64,000 nucleotides of DNA from Lama glama (lineage: Eukaryota). The stretch's first letter is position 1. Each line of letters begins with the position of its first letter. A model generated the notes under the pieces. The model searched no databases and had not been told where the DNA came from. It saw only the letters and a list, made by a program, of their open reading frames with translations. The stretch is taken from the NCBI GenBank assembly GCA_028534125.1, contig CM052817.1, forward strand, positions 38,628,001 to 38,692,000. The letters run 5' to 3'. Below, piece after piece: positions 24,831 through 37,390 of this stretch. Position numbers and translations under genes: made by a program.

Positions 24831-25719
24831 TGGGTAATAGTATATTAAGAAATAATGAAGGCATATTCTGATGTTACAATTCAGGAGACATGCCATCACT
24901 GCTGCCTACTCTCTCGCTGCCACTTCAATCCCTAACATCACTCAGTATTTCACTAAAGGAATCTTGCTTTAAAGTCTTCTTTCTAATTAAGCCTGTGTCA
25001 GCCATCTGACAAGCCACTCAGTAACAACTCGGATGAATAACTGAATGAATGATTTGGGAAAACTATTCAGGATTTTTCATAGAAATCACCTGAGAAGTAG
25101 ACTTTTAAAAATACTTTTTCTTCACTTCTTGCTGGGTTCCTATAAAATAAGAAGTGAGACAAACAGCAAAACTAGGTTATTATTGCATAGGGTTTTGAAC
25201 GATAATTAACTGTATATTTAAGGGGAGTCTTACTGATGTTTGAACTCTTGTACTAATATGACCAAAGAGATGAACAAATACATGATAAAAACAGTTGATC
25301 AGAAAAGCACAGCGTTGTTAAAAGACGAAGCTATTCTGAGGCATAACTTTTTAGAGTGAGAAGGCCTGTGGGAATTAGTCTCCTCATTTTTTAATAAAGG
25401 AGCTTTGGAACCAAAGAAGTAATTGATTAAGATCATAGAACTTGTTGAGAGCAGTTAGACCTCATGATTCATATACTGGTGTTTTTATATTGAAATATTG
25501 AATGATAAATAAAAGAAGCATTTAGATATCCTGTATGAGGCATGCTGAATAACTTGAGGTTAGATTAGAACCATTGAGTGAGGAAGCAATGTTTTTTTAT
25601 TTTAGTTTAGAACACATCAGTTCAGCTATATTCCACATTTATCCTCATGCTTGACAATTATTCCTAGGGAAATAGGAGAAATGATTTTTTCCCCCTCTTA
25701 TTTTATTGTCCAAAAAGAG

Positions 25720-25865
25720 ACAGTGTGATATGTGATGTACAAATGAATACTGGACTAAAGTGGGAAGAGTCAGGTTCTGAACCTGGCTCTGCCACTGAAC
25801 AGCCATCAATGATTTTTGGACTTTCCAGGTCTCGGTTTCCTCACTGGTGAAATGGAGAAGCTGAA
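25720..25865 (+). mobile_element. MIR
   Basis: 'cctggctctgccactgaacagc...tctcggtttcctcactggtgaaatgg'. Confidence 0.65.
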
Positions 25866-26085
25866 CCTTTTTCTACAAAGACCAGCTTTAAATGATTCTA
25901 TATTCTTCTTTAGATTTTTGAATAGCAAATTTTATTTATCTTAAATAAAGTGTTGTTGTGTATTCCACTATTAAACCATTGGCAAGAAATAAGGAGATAG
26001 AGACTCAATCAGTAGGAAACGAAAAGTTCATGTCTCCAAAACATATTCTGAAAATAAACTGGATTTTCTTTTTCTTTCATCACAG

Positions 26086-26179
26086 ATATAATACTTCTCT
26101 ACATCTGCTTCAGGAAGAAAGTGCCTGCCACTCCTGTTGTTCCTACGCAGGTTCATGCCAGCCCAGAACACAGAATCAG
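26086..26179 (+). other. Candidate cassette or UTR exon of the unidentified host gene
   Basis: Strong acceptor ttttctttttctttcatcacag|, consensus donor CAG|gtgagt, non-repeat and locally GC-richer. Confidence 0.4.
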
Positions 26180-26667
26180 GTGAGTTTTAGGTTTGTTTTG
26201 TCTGTTGAACAAGAAGCCAGGAACAGAATCATGATAGTCGTTGCTGAATTGTTGCATTGTAGCAAGACCACTGGACTGTGACTTAGAAGGGCTGGGTTTT
26301 AATCCTTCTTTACCGCTGATGGCTAGGTAAACCCAGGTAAGCCTTCTCTCCTGCATGACTTTCATTTTTCCATAAAAAACAATGATATATTAGAATAAAT
26401 TATGCTTAGTTTCACTTCTGGCTTTAAAGCATTATATTTTTATTGTAGATATCTACATAGAATACAGTCATGTTTTTAAAGCATCATTTCCCTTTTTCCT
26501 GGAAAAATCTAGTTGTTAGCACAGGCTTTGGAACTCTTTATTATATTGTAGTTACTTTGAGTGACTAATTTGAATGATGAGGCACTTGAGAGTGTTACTG
26601 CTACCTTGTTGCCTTAGTTTTAGTATTTTACTTTGCTCTATTGTTTCTGAAAAGTTTATTATTACTT

Positions 26668-26996
26668 TTTAAACAACAGAAATTTATTTTCTCACAGTTC
26701 TAGAGGCTAGAAGTCCAAGATCAGGGTGTCTGCATGGTTGGATTCTGGTGCAAGCTCTCTTCCTGGCCTGTAGATGGTCACTTTCTCGCTATGTCCTCAC
26801 AAGGCAGAGAGGAGGGGGGAGAGAGAGAGAGAAATCTCTACCTCTTCTTATCATATCAGTTTATGGCCTCACCCTTATGATCTCCTTTAATTAACCTTAA
26901 TTACCTTCTAAGGGCTATCTCCAAATATCATCACAGTGGAGGTTAAGACTTTACAACATACAAATTTGGGGGGGGGATACAGTTCAGTCCATAGAA
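26668..26996 (-). mobile_element. MLT1A-like MaLR LTR
   Basis: 'aaacaacagaaatttattttctcacagttctagaggctagaagtccaagatcagggtg...gatacagttcagtccatag'. Confidence 0.85.
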
Positions 26997-27299
26997 GCCA
27001 CCTAGTAGTAAAATTGCTGGGTTATGTGAAGTCTGCATCTTCAACCTTTCTAGATATTTCCAAAGTGGTTGTAATAATTGACACACTCACCAGCAAGTGT
27101 ATAGATGATGGGATATCTTTAACTAAAATAACTAAAAAAAAATCCCACATGGAAGATAGAAGATACAGTCTTTTTCAGATTGCATGGTACCACACGGAGT
27201 GGTCTGTCTGTTCTCATTTTTCGCATGAGGTTATAGTCCTTCGATAATGTTTTTCAGCTTTCGAGAGGGCACCTTTTTGGCCACGTTAATTCTCTGTTG

Positions 27300-27680
27300 A
27301 TTGTAAGTGATTCAGTTCAGATTAGCTTCATCAGAAAGGGGAAGTTATCAGACTTTTGGGTGTATCCCAGGGCATACCAGAGGATCCAAGGACAAATACA
27401 GCTGCGTTGTTCAAGGAGAACCCAGAAACCAATGCAGTCAGGTTCCTCTCAGGCTCTCGGCGGCCTGCCTCTCCCGTGCATCTGTCTCACTCTCTTTGGG
27501 AACTGACTTTCTTTGCTTTTCCATTCTTCTTTGTCTTGGGAAACATGGTCGCCACCACCACCACCCATGCTTTGTATCTTATAATTTAGACGCCCAAAGA
27601 AAGGCTAACTCTTAAGTACCTAATCCCAAATATTCCAGAACAGACTGATTCTTCATTCAGATTCCCCTGAACATGTGGCT
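27300..27680 (-). mobile_element. Old MLT1 (J/K-like) LTR fragment
   Basis: 'ttcagattagcttcatcagaaagggg...aaacatggtcgccacca...cagactgatt'. Confidence 0.45.
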
Positions 27681-28129
27681 TAGGGCAGGATCCTTTTAAA
27701 GCTCTGCAGTGACTGTCTTGCCATCTTTGTTTCAAAGCCTGTTCTCTGAAAAGGATTCAACTTGTTTCTACTAAAATGCAGAGATGAATAACATAGTATT
27801 ACTCCTTCCGGGTGTATTTGTATTTTAATTGGGTCAAATATTAAGCTAAAGGTGTATTCCAAAACTGTGCAGGAGTGAAATCTTGTGTTCCATTGTATAA
27901 AAATGATTAAATTAGATGCCAGAAAAGCATTAGGAATTGAAAGGCAGAGTTTTAGGGTTCAGGGAGTAGAAGAAACTGAGTAACCATTTGTGTGGTTAGA
28001 GGAAGAACGCAGAAAGATAGTCAAATACATAGTTCTAAGGTAGCAGTGTTACAAAGATTGAATATAGCAAGTAAAAGAAAAGTCTTTCTGTTTAACTTTT
28101 TGAAAAAAGATTGGAAGGTAGAAGAAAGG

Positions 28130-28362
28130 ACCATTGGGTTTGGTCCCAGCTCAACTATTAGCTATGATTTTGAGTAAATCATTTATTCTCTGTGTACTGC
28201 AGTTTACTAAGTGCTGGCTGTTTACCAGATATATGACCTTAACTCCTGGACATCAGTTCCTTCATCTTAAAAATGGAGTTGATGATAGTGGTACTTCAGA
28301 GGGTTCTTGGGAGGAATTAATATACGTTAAGTGTTCAAAACAGTTCCTGGCATATCAGTAAT
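28130..28362 (+). mobile_element. MIR fragments (two abutting cores)
   Basis: 'tcccagctcaactattagct', 'cagttccttcatcttaaaaatgg' and 'cagttcctggcatatcagta'. Confidence 0.7.
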
Positions 28363-28570
28363 GGCAGCATCAGGTTTTGAAATGGGCTGACTAGATTATA
28401 CGATCGCAGGAGACCCAGCTGACTTTAAAAAGAGAAATCCGTAGTCTGAGCTTCTGATATCAACTTATGTCTTTTTTCGGAATAAAAACTTAGACAATCT
28501 GGCCGTCTACTTGAGTCCTGCATTGAGACTAATTTTAGTACTGCCAGTAAAAGTTATTTTGAATTAAGTG

Positions 28571-29488
28571 TGTGTACTAGTTCTCCGTTGCTGCATATAT
28601 TAATTTGTTAAGGTTGCCATAACAAATTACCACAAACTGAGTGGCTTAAACAACAGAAATTTCTCGTCTCATCTTCTGCAGGCTAGAAGTCTGAAATCAA
28701 GATGTCAGCAGGATTGGTTGCTTTTGGGACCCCTGAGGGAAAGATCTGCTCCAGGCTGCTTTCCTTTATCTGTAGATAGCTATCTTTTCTTCATGTCTCT
28801 TCATGTTGTCTTCCCTTTGTTTGCCTGACTCTCTGTTCAGATTTCTCGTTTTTATAAGGACACCAGTCACATTGGATTAGGGTCCGCCTCACTTTAACTT
28901 AATCTAAACCTCTGGAAAGATCCTGTCTCTGAGTAAAGTCACATTCTGAGGTGCTGGGGGTTAGACCTCAACATACGAATTTTGGTGTGGATACAGTTCA
29001 ACCCATAGCACTACATAACAAATTACCCTCAAAGTTAGCGACTTAAAATAACAAATGTTCTCTCACAGTTTTTGTAATCAAGAATCTGAGTGCAGTTTAG
29101 CTGGGGCCTCTGGCTCAGGGTCTCTTACAGAGCTGCATTCGACCTGTCCACCAGGGCTGAGGTCTTATCTGAAGGGCCTAGGGGAGTCTCTGCCGCTAGT
29201 CCACTCCCATGGATGTTGGCAGCATTCAGTTCCTCATTGGTTGTTGGGCTGAAGGCCCCAGTTCCTCACGTTGGCTGTTTACCAGCAGCCTACTTTAGTT
29301 CTTGCCAAGTGAGCCTTTTGTTTTTGTAACATAATCTTGGAAGTGGCAACCCATCACTTTTTCCCTGTGCCGTTCACTAGGAGTGAGTCACTAGGTCCGG
29401 TCCACACTCAAGGAGAGAGGATTACACACAGATGTGTATCCCTGGAGGTGTGGGTTATAGGAAGCCATCATTGAAGCTCCCTACAGTA
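28571..29488 (-). mobile_element. MLT1F/G-like solo LTR (outer), split by an inserted LTR
   Basis: 'tgtactagttctccgttgctgca' resumes as 'taacaaattaccctcaaagttagcgactt...gagtcactaggtccggtccacactcaagg'. Confidence 0.8.
28596..29010 (-). mobile_element. MLT1B/C-like solo LTR (inner)
   Basis: Complete 'tatattaatttgttaaggttgccataacaaattaccacaaactg...atacagttcaacccatagca'; 5-bp TSD ctgca / ctaca. Confidence 0.85.
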
Positions 29489-31419
29489 GTAAATGAGAAT
29501 GATGAAAAAAAGAAGATAATGCTAAGTGGGAAAAATGCATAAATTTTTAATGTTTATTCAGAAACTTCAGCGTTAAACTCTAAGCAGAAGTTTATCACTC
29601 TTGTGCTATATAGCTGTGTAATCAAAAAGTACTCCCCGACCCTTAAAAAAAAAAAGGAGAAATGTAACTTTTATTATTTCCCTTTTTTTTTTAAAGCAAA
29701 GAGGAGTTAATTTTGTTTCCTTTTATCAAATTTGTTATCTTTTTTGGTCCTGTGTAGAATTCTTCAAGTGCTACTTGACTTCACTTTGCTGAGTTGTTAA
29801 CCTGCTATTTCACATAAAGTATCCAAAGGCCTACCCTCATTTTCCTATAATATTTATGAGTAAGAGGTCGTAGATTATGAAGATTAATTTTAATTTTATC
29901 AGCTTTTCTGTGGTCACTTTCTACAGCTAAGTTATCAAGTGTGAGAAATTATCAGACATTTGTGAGGATGTTTAATACACCAGATTGGCTAAGGGAAATG
30001 CCCGATTAGTTACTTTTACAGAATGTACTGGCAGAATCACGTGTACTGCATCATTCATCAGCCAGCAGTTGTCAATATTTATATTGATGGAGAAATACTT
30101 GGAAAGTATTATTATGGGTTCATTTTTGTAATCTTTGTTTTGGAAAGCAGTGTAGTTGTGTTTCTGGAAGTGAGATTTGACCTAGTTGGCATTATCTGTA
30201 TGAGTTAATCTAAGGTAGGGGTGTGTGTGTGCATTGCGTGCGTGTGTGTGTGTGTGTTTAGCACATAGAGTAATTAACATAGTAAATTTAGTCTAAGAAA
30301 ACCTCATATTCATTGAGAAAAGACTGTCTTATATAAGTCCATCAGAGTAGATTGAGCATATACTTCTAAAGCATCTGATTACATGACTGAATTTTATAAG
30401 GAGTTGCTTAATTATAATTACTTGTGAATTACTATAAATATAGATTATAAATTTTTAGTTATTATTAGAAATGATGAGACTTATTTTTTTAAATTTCACC
30501 AAGTTTGGAAGTTAAAGTCATTTCATACTGTACAGAAATCAAATGAACATGAATTCAATAGGATTTTTCTATGATCTCTCTTTTTGCTTGTTAGCAAGAA
30601 GTAGTTCAATAGAAATCATACAAAATTTTCAATTGAGAACTTTCTTTTTATACACAAAGAGTGGACTGGGGAATGCATTCTTATATTTGAACAAATGGTA
30701 ATGTTGTTTCTTAGGAAAAAAGGTCTGTTGCATTCATTATGGTGACTTAAGCTCTGAAGATTCTTCATTACCAGTATATTGAACTAGAAGTTTTGTTTAT
30801 AATTTGACTTCTTTTTATTATAAAAACTTCTGGGAATAGATTTATGACTAGATTTTGGGCTTTAGACTCTGAGGAAAATAATGTTGTATGTTTTATGATT
30901 TAGAAAACTATTACCCACAAATGAAAGTCTATAGAATGTTTTCTTTCTGGAAACATTGAGAGAGTTTAAAAATAAAAAGTTCAGGGAAGGGAACTCAATG
31001 CAGTATAAAAAGTGCAAATATGCTTAATGTGTAGCTTAAGTTATAAAATTTAACAAGTTTTTATAATCAGAAAAAAAACAATTGAAAAGTTAAGTAACAT
31101 TACTAATTAGAGTATTGGGATGTAAAAATTTGTCAGTTTTTATTTATTTCAAGAGATGATTCTTAAAGTTTGAGACTTAGAAATGTGAATCATTTTAATC
31201 ACATTTCATCCTGTGTTGTGACACTTTTTTCTTTTTTTCCCCTTAGAATTTTTTTTTATTGACTAGAGCTTGTGATTTCTAAGACTGTATCATCGAGTTG
31301 ATTTTGACCCTGAATATCTCTTATTCGGCTCTTGTTTTGAGGTCAAATGATGCATCAGTATTTATTGACAGTATGATAACAAATTGTATAAATATAAAAA
31401 GCAGATATAAGAGTGAAAA

Positions 31420-31670
31420 ACTGCTGTGTAACATGTATGAAGATTAAGGTCCCAAATTTAGACATATTCCCTGGTTCAAATGATGATGTTATCACTTACA
31501 GATATTTGCCTTAGTACTAATTTCTTAAATTCTCTTATTTCCTCACCTTTAAGATGGGTTTATTAATAATATTTAATGGACATTCATAAGGGTTAAATGA
31601 GATAATGCTTGTAAAGTGCTTAGCACTTTGCCTGGCACATAGTAAAAGCTAAATTCATGTTAGCTGCCAT
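31420..31670 (+). mobile_element. MIR
   Basis: 'ttaaatgagataatgcttgtaaagtgcttagcactttgcctggcacatagtaa'. Confidence 0.8.
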
Positions 31671-31842
31671 TTCTTGTTATAAGCATCAGCTTTTTGTCAT
31701 TTTTACTTCTGTTTTTGAAGGTTAGCATATAAGCAAAATGATGTTCTTCTAATGATAATATGTAACACTTACTATTCAGTTGATTACACATTTTACTAGC
31801 TTACAGACTTTTTTCAAAAAGTAGAATAGAGGTTACATAAAA

Positions 31843-32137
31843 GTTAAGTTTATTTTTACTCTTTTGAGGAATCTCCATACTGTTTTCCACAGTGGCTGCC
31901 CCAAACTGCATTCCCAGCAACAATGTAGGAGGGTTCCCTTTTCCCCACAGCCTCTCCAGCATTTGTCATTTGTGGACTTTTGAATGATGGTGGTAGTTTA
32001 CCGTGAAAAAGAATATGAAAACTAATATATGTATATCCATGTATGACTGAAGCATTGTGGTGTGCACCAGAAATATATATATACACCAGAAATTGACACA
32101 ACACTGTAAACTGACTATACTGCAATTAAAAAAAAAA
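31843..32137. mobile_element. Short young L1 with a 5' inversion (antisense ORF2 zinc-knuckle piece, then sense 3' end with poly-A)
   Basis: 31843-31990 matches 12624-12770 in the same (antisense) orientation; 31995-32137 is the sense L1 terminus ending 'ctgactatactgcaattaaaaaaaaaa'. Confidence 0.85.
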
Positions 32138-32252
32138 GTGATGAGTTTAGAGCCATCACGGAAGTTACTGACTAAGAAAGGGGGAGAAGAAGGGAATGGA
32201 GGAGGTAAGTCTGCTGTTTTTGCTGTAGATTGAGGAGAGATTTTGTAGTCAC

Positions 32253-32255
<3 letters not shown>

Positions 32256-32291
<36 letters not shown>

Positions 32292-32306
32292 TATATATAT
32301 ATTTTT
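32256..32306. repeat. (TA)n-T9-(TA)n low-complexity repeat
   Basis: Seen directly. Confidence 0.9.
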
Positions 32307-32389
32307 AAATTGGGAACACTAGGATGTCAAATTTTCATTTTCTTTTTAAACTGTAGCCACTAGCTGCTCTGTTCTGATTTTTGCTTTGT

Positions 32390-32960
32390 TGTGACCTGGG
32401 GGAAGGGAGTGGGAGTTCTCTCCCTAGTCTTATAAAGGACTTGTCACACTGGTCTTGTGTTCCCTGTGGTGGGAATGCCTGTCGAGTCTCAGTTTTATTA
32501 AGACCGCTACTGAAAGGCATCTTTGAGTGTATTGATCTGGTTGTGAGATGACTGGCCGCTTAGTAGCATCCTGAGAAAGCTTAACTCCTCTGTTTAGAAA
32601 AAGGATCTACGCTTACGTTGGGGGAAATAGGGAGTTTAGGAGGAAGTCTCCTGCTTAGGTACATTTACTCCTAATTTGGTCAGACATCAGCTTTACCTTT
32701 GCCTGAGCATATTTTTTTGTGCTTTATATAAATGAAAATGGAGAAGGGTGCTGCTCTCCTTAAGAGTTTGTGAATTAAAAGTGTTGCAGGACAAAAATGA
32801 TACAGGAGGAAAGCGAATGGGGCAGGGGGCGTCTGAAATACAGGCTCTTGGGCTGTTCTGTTATCTTCTTTGTGTGTAGTGGGGGAGGGACTTTAAAAAG
32901 CCTAACGTAGGATCATATTTTGAAAGCACAGATTCAAGATTTCTTACCTTAATGAAGGAT
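32390..32960. promoter_or_regulatory. Candidate intronic enhancer or alternative promoter
   Basis: Repeat-free and GC-richer with several retained CpGs; TATAAAG (32431), TGTGGT, GGAATG, and GC-box-like ggggcagggggcg and gggggaggg. Confidence 0.3.
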
Positions 32961-33834
32961 TGTTATGATGTCTGTAGGCTGAAGTAGCATGTGAGTTAAA
33001 GAATTATCTGATTTCAAAATGTATAGGGAAGGAAGTTCATGTCTTTTTCATTTTATTTTTTACTTTTTAATTTTTTACCTAATCATTTTGGGTTTTTAAA
33101 TAAAGAAAAGACTAGAATATTTTGGTTCTTTCCCCTTCCAGATAGCTGAAATTATTTGTAATAATCTGCCCTCCCTCCCCCACCCTCCTCCCTTCCCTTC
33201 CTTGTGTCTTTCCACATAATTTTTGACCTTGCAGTTGATTCTTTTATATTTGGTCTTACTGCATATTTTGTAGGAAGCAGATCATGTATCATGTGTTCAT
33301 GATGCAAGAACTGTTTTTCCCCTTACAGTATCTCTAGCTCTTTCTTAACTGTTATAAATTGTCTAGTCCAAAAAACACATAGGAATGAATTTTTGTAGTT
33401 ACTCTGAACCAGTCAAAATTCAAACTTTATGAGACCAGAGTTAACATTTGGTGTATTTTAAAAAATCTTTTATTACTTAAAAAGTTTTTTAAGGATTTTT
33501 ATATTCGTCAAACATCTGTAGATGATCCTGCTATGCCTAAGTGGGCGTTCAGGAATGAGCTTCCTTTTGTGGTCAGAAGTTGCTGAAGGAAACTTTTACA
33601 AAATATTAACAGCAAGCAAGCTGTCCTCATGAAAGAATAGCTCTTAGTTTATTGTTGCCGAGGCCCCACTAAAAGGATTATGGTTTTTAAAACAAAATAT
33701 GGTCTTGTCTTTATCTCTTGTATTTTGAATCATACATTTAAATTTTTTTCATTTCTTATGCCTGCTAAGAATGACCTTGTTCATTCAGGTTTGTATGTCA
33801 CAGATATATTGCATCCATCCCCTTCCCCTGAATA

Positions 33835-34080
33835 ATAATGATAATAAAAATAAATAATACCAATAACAGTGAACTTTGTCTCTTAAGTTTTTGCATGTAC
33901 TACATCATTTATTCTTCATAACAATCTTATGAGATTATTTCTATTATTATACTAATTTTATGTTGTTAGAAACTGGCACAAGAAGTAACTTGCCCACGGT
34001 CACAGGATTAGGCAATGGCAGAGCCAGGATTCAAACCTAGGAGTCTGCCTCCAGGGCGCAGGCATTTACCTGCTCTGCTA
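33835..34080 (-). mobile_element. MIR
   Basis: 'aagtaacttgcccacggtcacagg...ggcagagccaggattcaaacctaggagtctgcctcca'. Confidence 0.85.
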
Positions 34081-35797
34081 TCCTGCCTCTCTTGTGCATG
34101 AAGGACACCACTCATATCTTTTCCCTAAAGGACTGTGAAGCATTCTTACTGTATTTAATTTTATGTTTGAAGACAATAGTCTGTGAACATTCATTATATC
34201 AAACATAGGCCTCAAATATTTTATTCCATTGCTGAGAAAAGTAAGAAAATACATACTAATAAAAAAATGTTTGGAGCAGAGTGATTTGTTCTGTCTTCTC
34301 AAGTGACCGTATATAAGTTAATATTCTATTTTGGGGAAGAATATATTGATTTGTTAAGTAATTGAATCCTAGGCTTTGCTGTGTCCTAACCATATTTTTG
34401 ATATTTAGTATGCTGATTTAACTCATTTATTTCCTTTGGAAGTTGTGTACCTGCATAGATGTTCATATTTACCTTTTTTTTTTCCAGAAAATTATTTTGA
34501 TACCAAATGCTTTAGAACTCCACTACAGGAAGTACAGTCAGGCTTCCAGGGCACTGAATGTTTGTAGATCTCCATTCTCCATTTCTTTTTCTGGAGTTGC
34601 TTGTACTCTTGTTTTTGCTTCTCTCTGCCAAATAGTTTTCTCTGCTTTCTGAAACAGTATGCAGTGGTCAGTTGTGAGCGTTAGGTTCAGCTAGCTGTCA
34701 GCCCCGATAGCTAACCATCTTATTATTCTAGATTCTAACTAGCTGGAGAGAGAATCCATTTGTCTCATGTTGTAAAGTGTGTTCAGAACTGTTCAGTCGG
34801 CCTTTGTTGGAAGGACCCATTTATGTGTTCACAATGGTGTTGCCTTTTCAGTGAGTAGGCTAAGGGCAGATTCTCTAAGAAGGGTTTGTGTGTAGGAAGA
34901 AAATAAATATCTTTAGTGTAGTGACTGAAGCAAACCATTATCCGTGAAAACATTTTTGAGATTTTAAGTTTTGATACATTTCAGGGTTATTGATTTAAGT
35001 TAGCTCTTTGCTTTTTCTTACCTTTGTGAGTATAGAGATTTTTGCGGCAAACTAATTTTCCACAACTCACAGTTTACGAATCTGGAATGGGAAATTTTAA
35101 GTCTAATTTAATAGTGGAAAATTGCCTGTTGATTAAATTAATGAATTTTTCAGTCATGCCTTATAGCTGAATTTTGAAGAAGCATAGGTCCTTAAAAATT
35201 TTAAACAGTCTTTGACATGTATTCCAGCAAAAAATGTGGTGGCGTTAGCCATCCTTTTTACATTATCTTTTGGTTCATTACACTCCTTTCTGCCTTACTT
35301 GCCAAAGAGCTGGGTCTCTGAGAATAATTGGACTGTAAGAATTAAAAAGTATCTATCACAGAATTAACAGAAAGTAGAAGATCTTTAAGATTATGTAAGG
35401 TATATGCAGATAATTCACAGATTTTATTTAAAAATTTATACTTTGCTCCTTTACCATTAATTTACCTTGATATAAGATGTTCTGATGGAGACTGTAAACT
35501 CCGTGGGTTAAGGAAAGATTTGTGCAGTAAACCACAAATTTTCATCCTTGATAACATGAGAAAATTATAGGTTTTATGTTTAAAATATTGGCGATGTAAA
35601 ATACATTTGTTTTTAGAGGAAAAAGGAGTTACAGTTTTGTGTATCTTTTCCTCTTCACAACCTGGCTAGAGTAGTAACCCATTCTGCGATTTAGCAGTTA
35701 GCCTTTTGTAGACGAGTGGAAAGTTTCTTATTTCTGCTCTAACGAAAATACTAGGAATCTAAAAACAAGTGGAGACTGCCCAATAGTTTCATCCCTC

Positions 35798-36360
35798 TTT
35801 TTTTAAACCAGACTTTGCGTTTTGAAAATTCAAAACATACAGAAAAGCTTAATGAATAATACAGCGTACATCCACATCCCTATAATCCTGAGTCAACAGT
35901 CACCAGTATTTCACCACATGCAGTCTCATTGTGTTTATATACATTTCAGGGAGGAGGTGTGACATCGCTGAACCGCTAGAAGGTAATTTGAACCATCATG
36001 ACACTTCGCTTGTAAATACTTCAACTCATACCTCCTAGAAATAAGGACCTTCTTCTCCATGACCACCGTTATCATTTTCATATATTAGAAGATAACAGAA
36101 CTTCCATACTGTCGTGTTAAGTCTAGTTCATATCCAAATGCTCCAGTTGTCTCCGAGATCTCTTTTATAGCTTTTTTCAAACAAATCTGTTTAAAGTCTA
36201 TACATTACATTTCTTATGTCTTTTTATTATTTTAAAAACAAGATTAATTTCCCCATCATTTTTCTGGGTTTTTTTTCCTTCTTTTCTTTTTTAATGATAG
36301 TGACCTTTTGAGGAGCGTTCAGAACAATCTTTTTGTTGAAATCCAAATCCTGCATGTGTT
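35798..36360 (-). mobile_element. Old L1 (L1MC/ME-like) 3' end
   Basis: 'ttgaaaattcaaaacatacagaaaag', 'catcatgacacttc...aaatacttca' and 'ataaggaccttctt'. Confidence 0.65.
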
Positions 36361-36969
36361 TCTTCCTTGTATCTGTCCAGTGAAGCTGGGAAATACTTCT
36401 GTCCAGGAGCGGGAAGCTCCATGAGGTATATAAAAAAAATTTCTAGGTCAGTTGAATAGTGACTGGAAGTAGTTATTACTTGGGTTGAGGTTAACAGATG
36501 AGAGTAAAGAAAGGTTTCTCTTAGGTTAATTGAACTGCAATGGGGAAAGAACAGGAAAAGAAAGATGTTAAAGGGACTGCATTAGGCACTGAGGGGTGGT
36601 GTCAGGTAGTTACTTGATAAAGACAGGAGAGGATTGGGAAGTCACAGTCCACAGCACCTAGAGGGTTAGGTGTTCAATTTCGGGTTGAGCAGTTGAACAG
36701 ATGAAGAAATCTTTGAATTTTCTTCACTGACTGGAGACGCAGTGAGCCCAGATCAGCTTAACTGCTATTGTAAAAGCTACAAAGGTTGTGTGCCTTAGAC
36801 CTTTTGTATGTTCTGAGGTTTCCTACGGAAGTAGAGATGTCATTAGTATATTGTGTACTGCTTCTTGTAAATTTTCGTGGGAAAATTAAGGAGCCATAAT
36901 TCTATACTCTGGCTATATCCTTATGTATTAGAACGACTGTGTAGGTACTGAAGTGGGGAGTGCCTACAT

Positions 36970-37390
36970 ACTGTAGTGAGAAGAGTTTCAGCGTTAGAAA
37001 TCTAAGGCTGAAATCTTGTTTTACCATGTGCTAGCTAAGTGTCTTGCTTGAGCACCTTAGCATCTGACTGTTTCCTCCTCTGTGGTGATGAAGCAGTGTG
37101 GTGTAAGGGAAAGAGCGGAGGCTTTGGAGTAGGCAAACCTGTTGCTAAAGCATGCTGGTTCATCTCGTTACTAGCATGTGACCTTGGCTGCTGCTCTTAT
37201 TCTTTGTGTTCTCTTTAGGATTAATAATATCAACTTCATATGATTATTATTAGAACTAAAGAGATAGTTTATGTACAGTGCTGAATGTGGAGCCTGAAAT
37301 ATGGTAGGTACTTGACAGACATTGGTTTTCTTCCCACAGGATTATTGTGAGGATCCTGTTAAATGGTCATATAAATGTGAAATCCCTTTG
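36970..37390 (+). mobile_element. MIR nested within MIR
   Basis: Outer MIR stops after 'tttcctcctctgt', a near full MIR occupies about 37093-37330, and the outer resumes at 'cccacaggattattgtgaggat'. Confidence 0.6.

Noticed and set aside
25958..26281. 107-aa ORF as a single-exon gene
   Set aside because: Non-ATG start and it reads through a polypyrimidine tract; only the internal exon-like part is kept as a candidate
34470..34860. Exon starting at the strong acceptor tttttttttccag (34487)
   Set aside because: No convincing nearby donor and no recognisable peptide; such acceptors are frequent in T-rich introns
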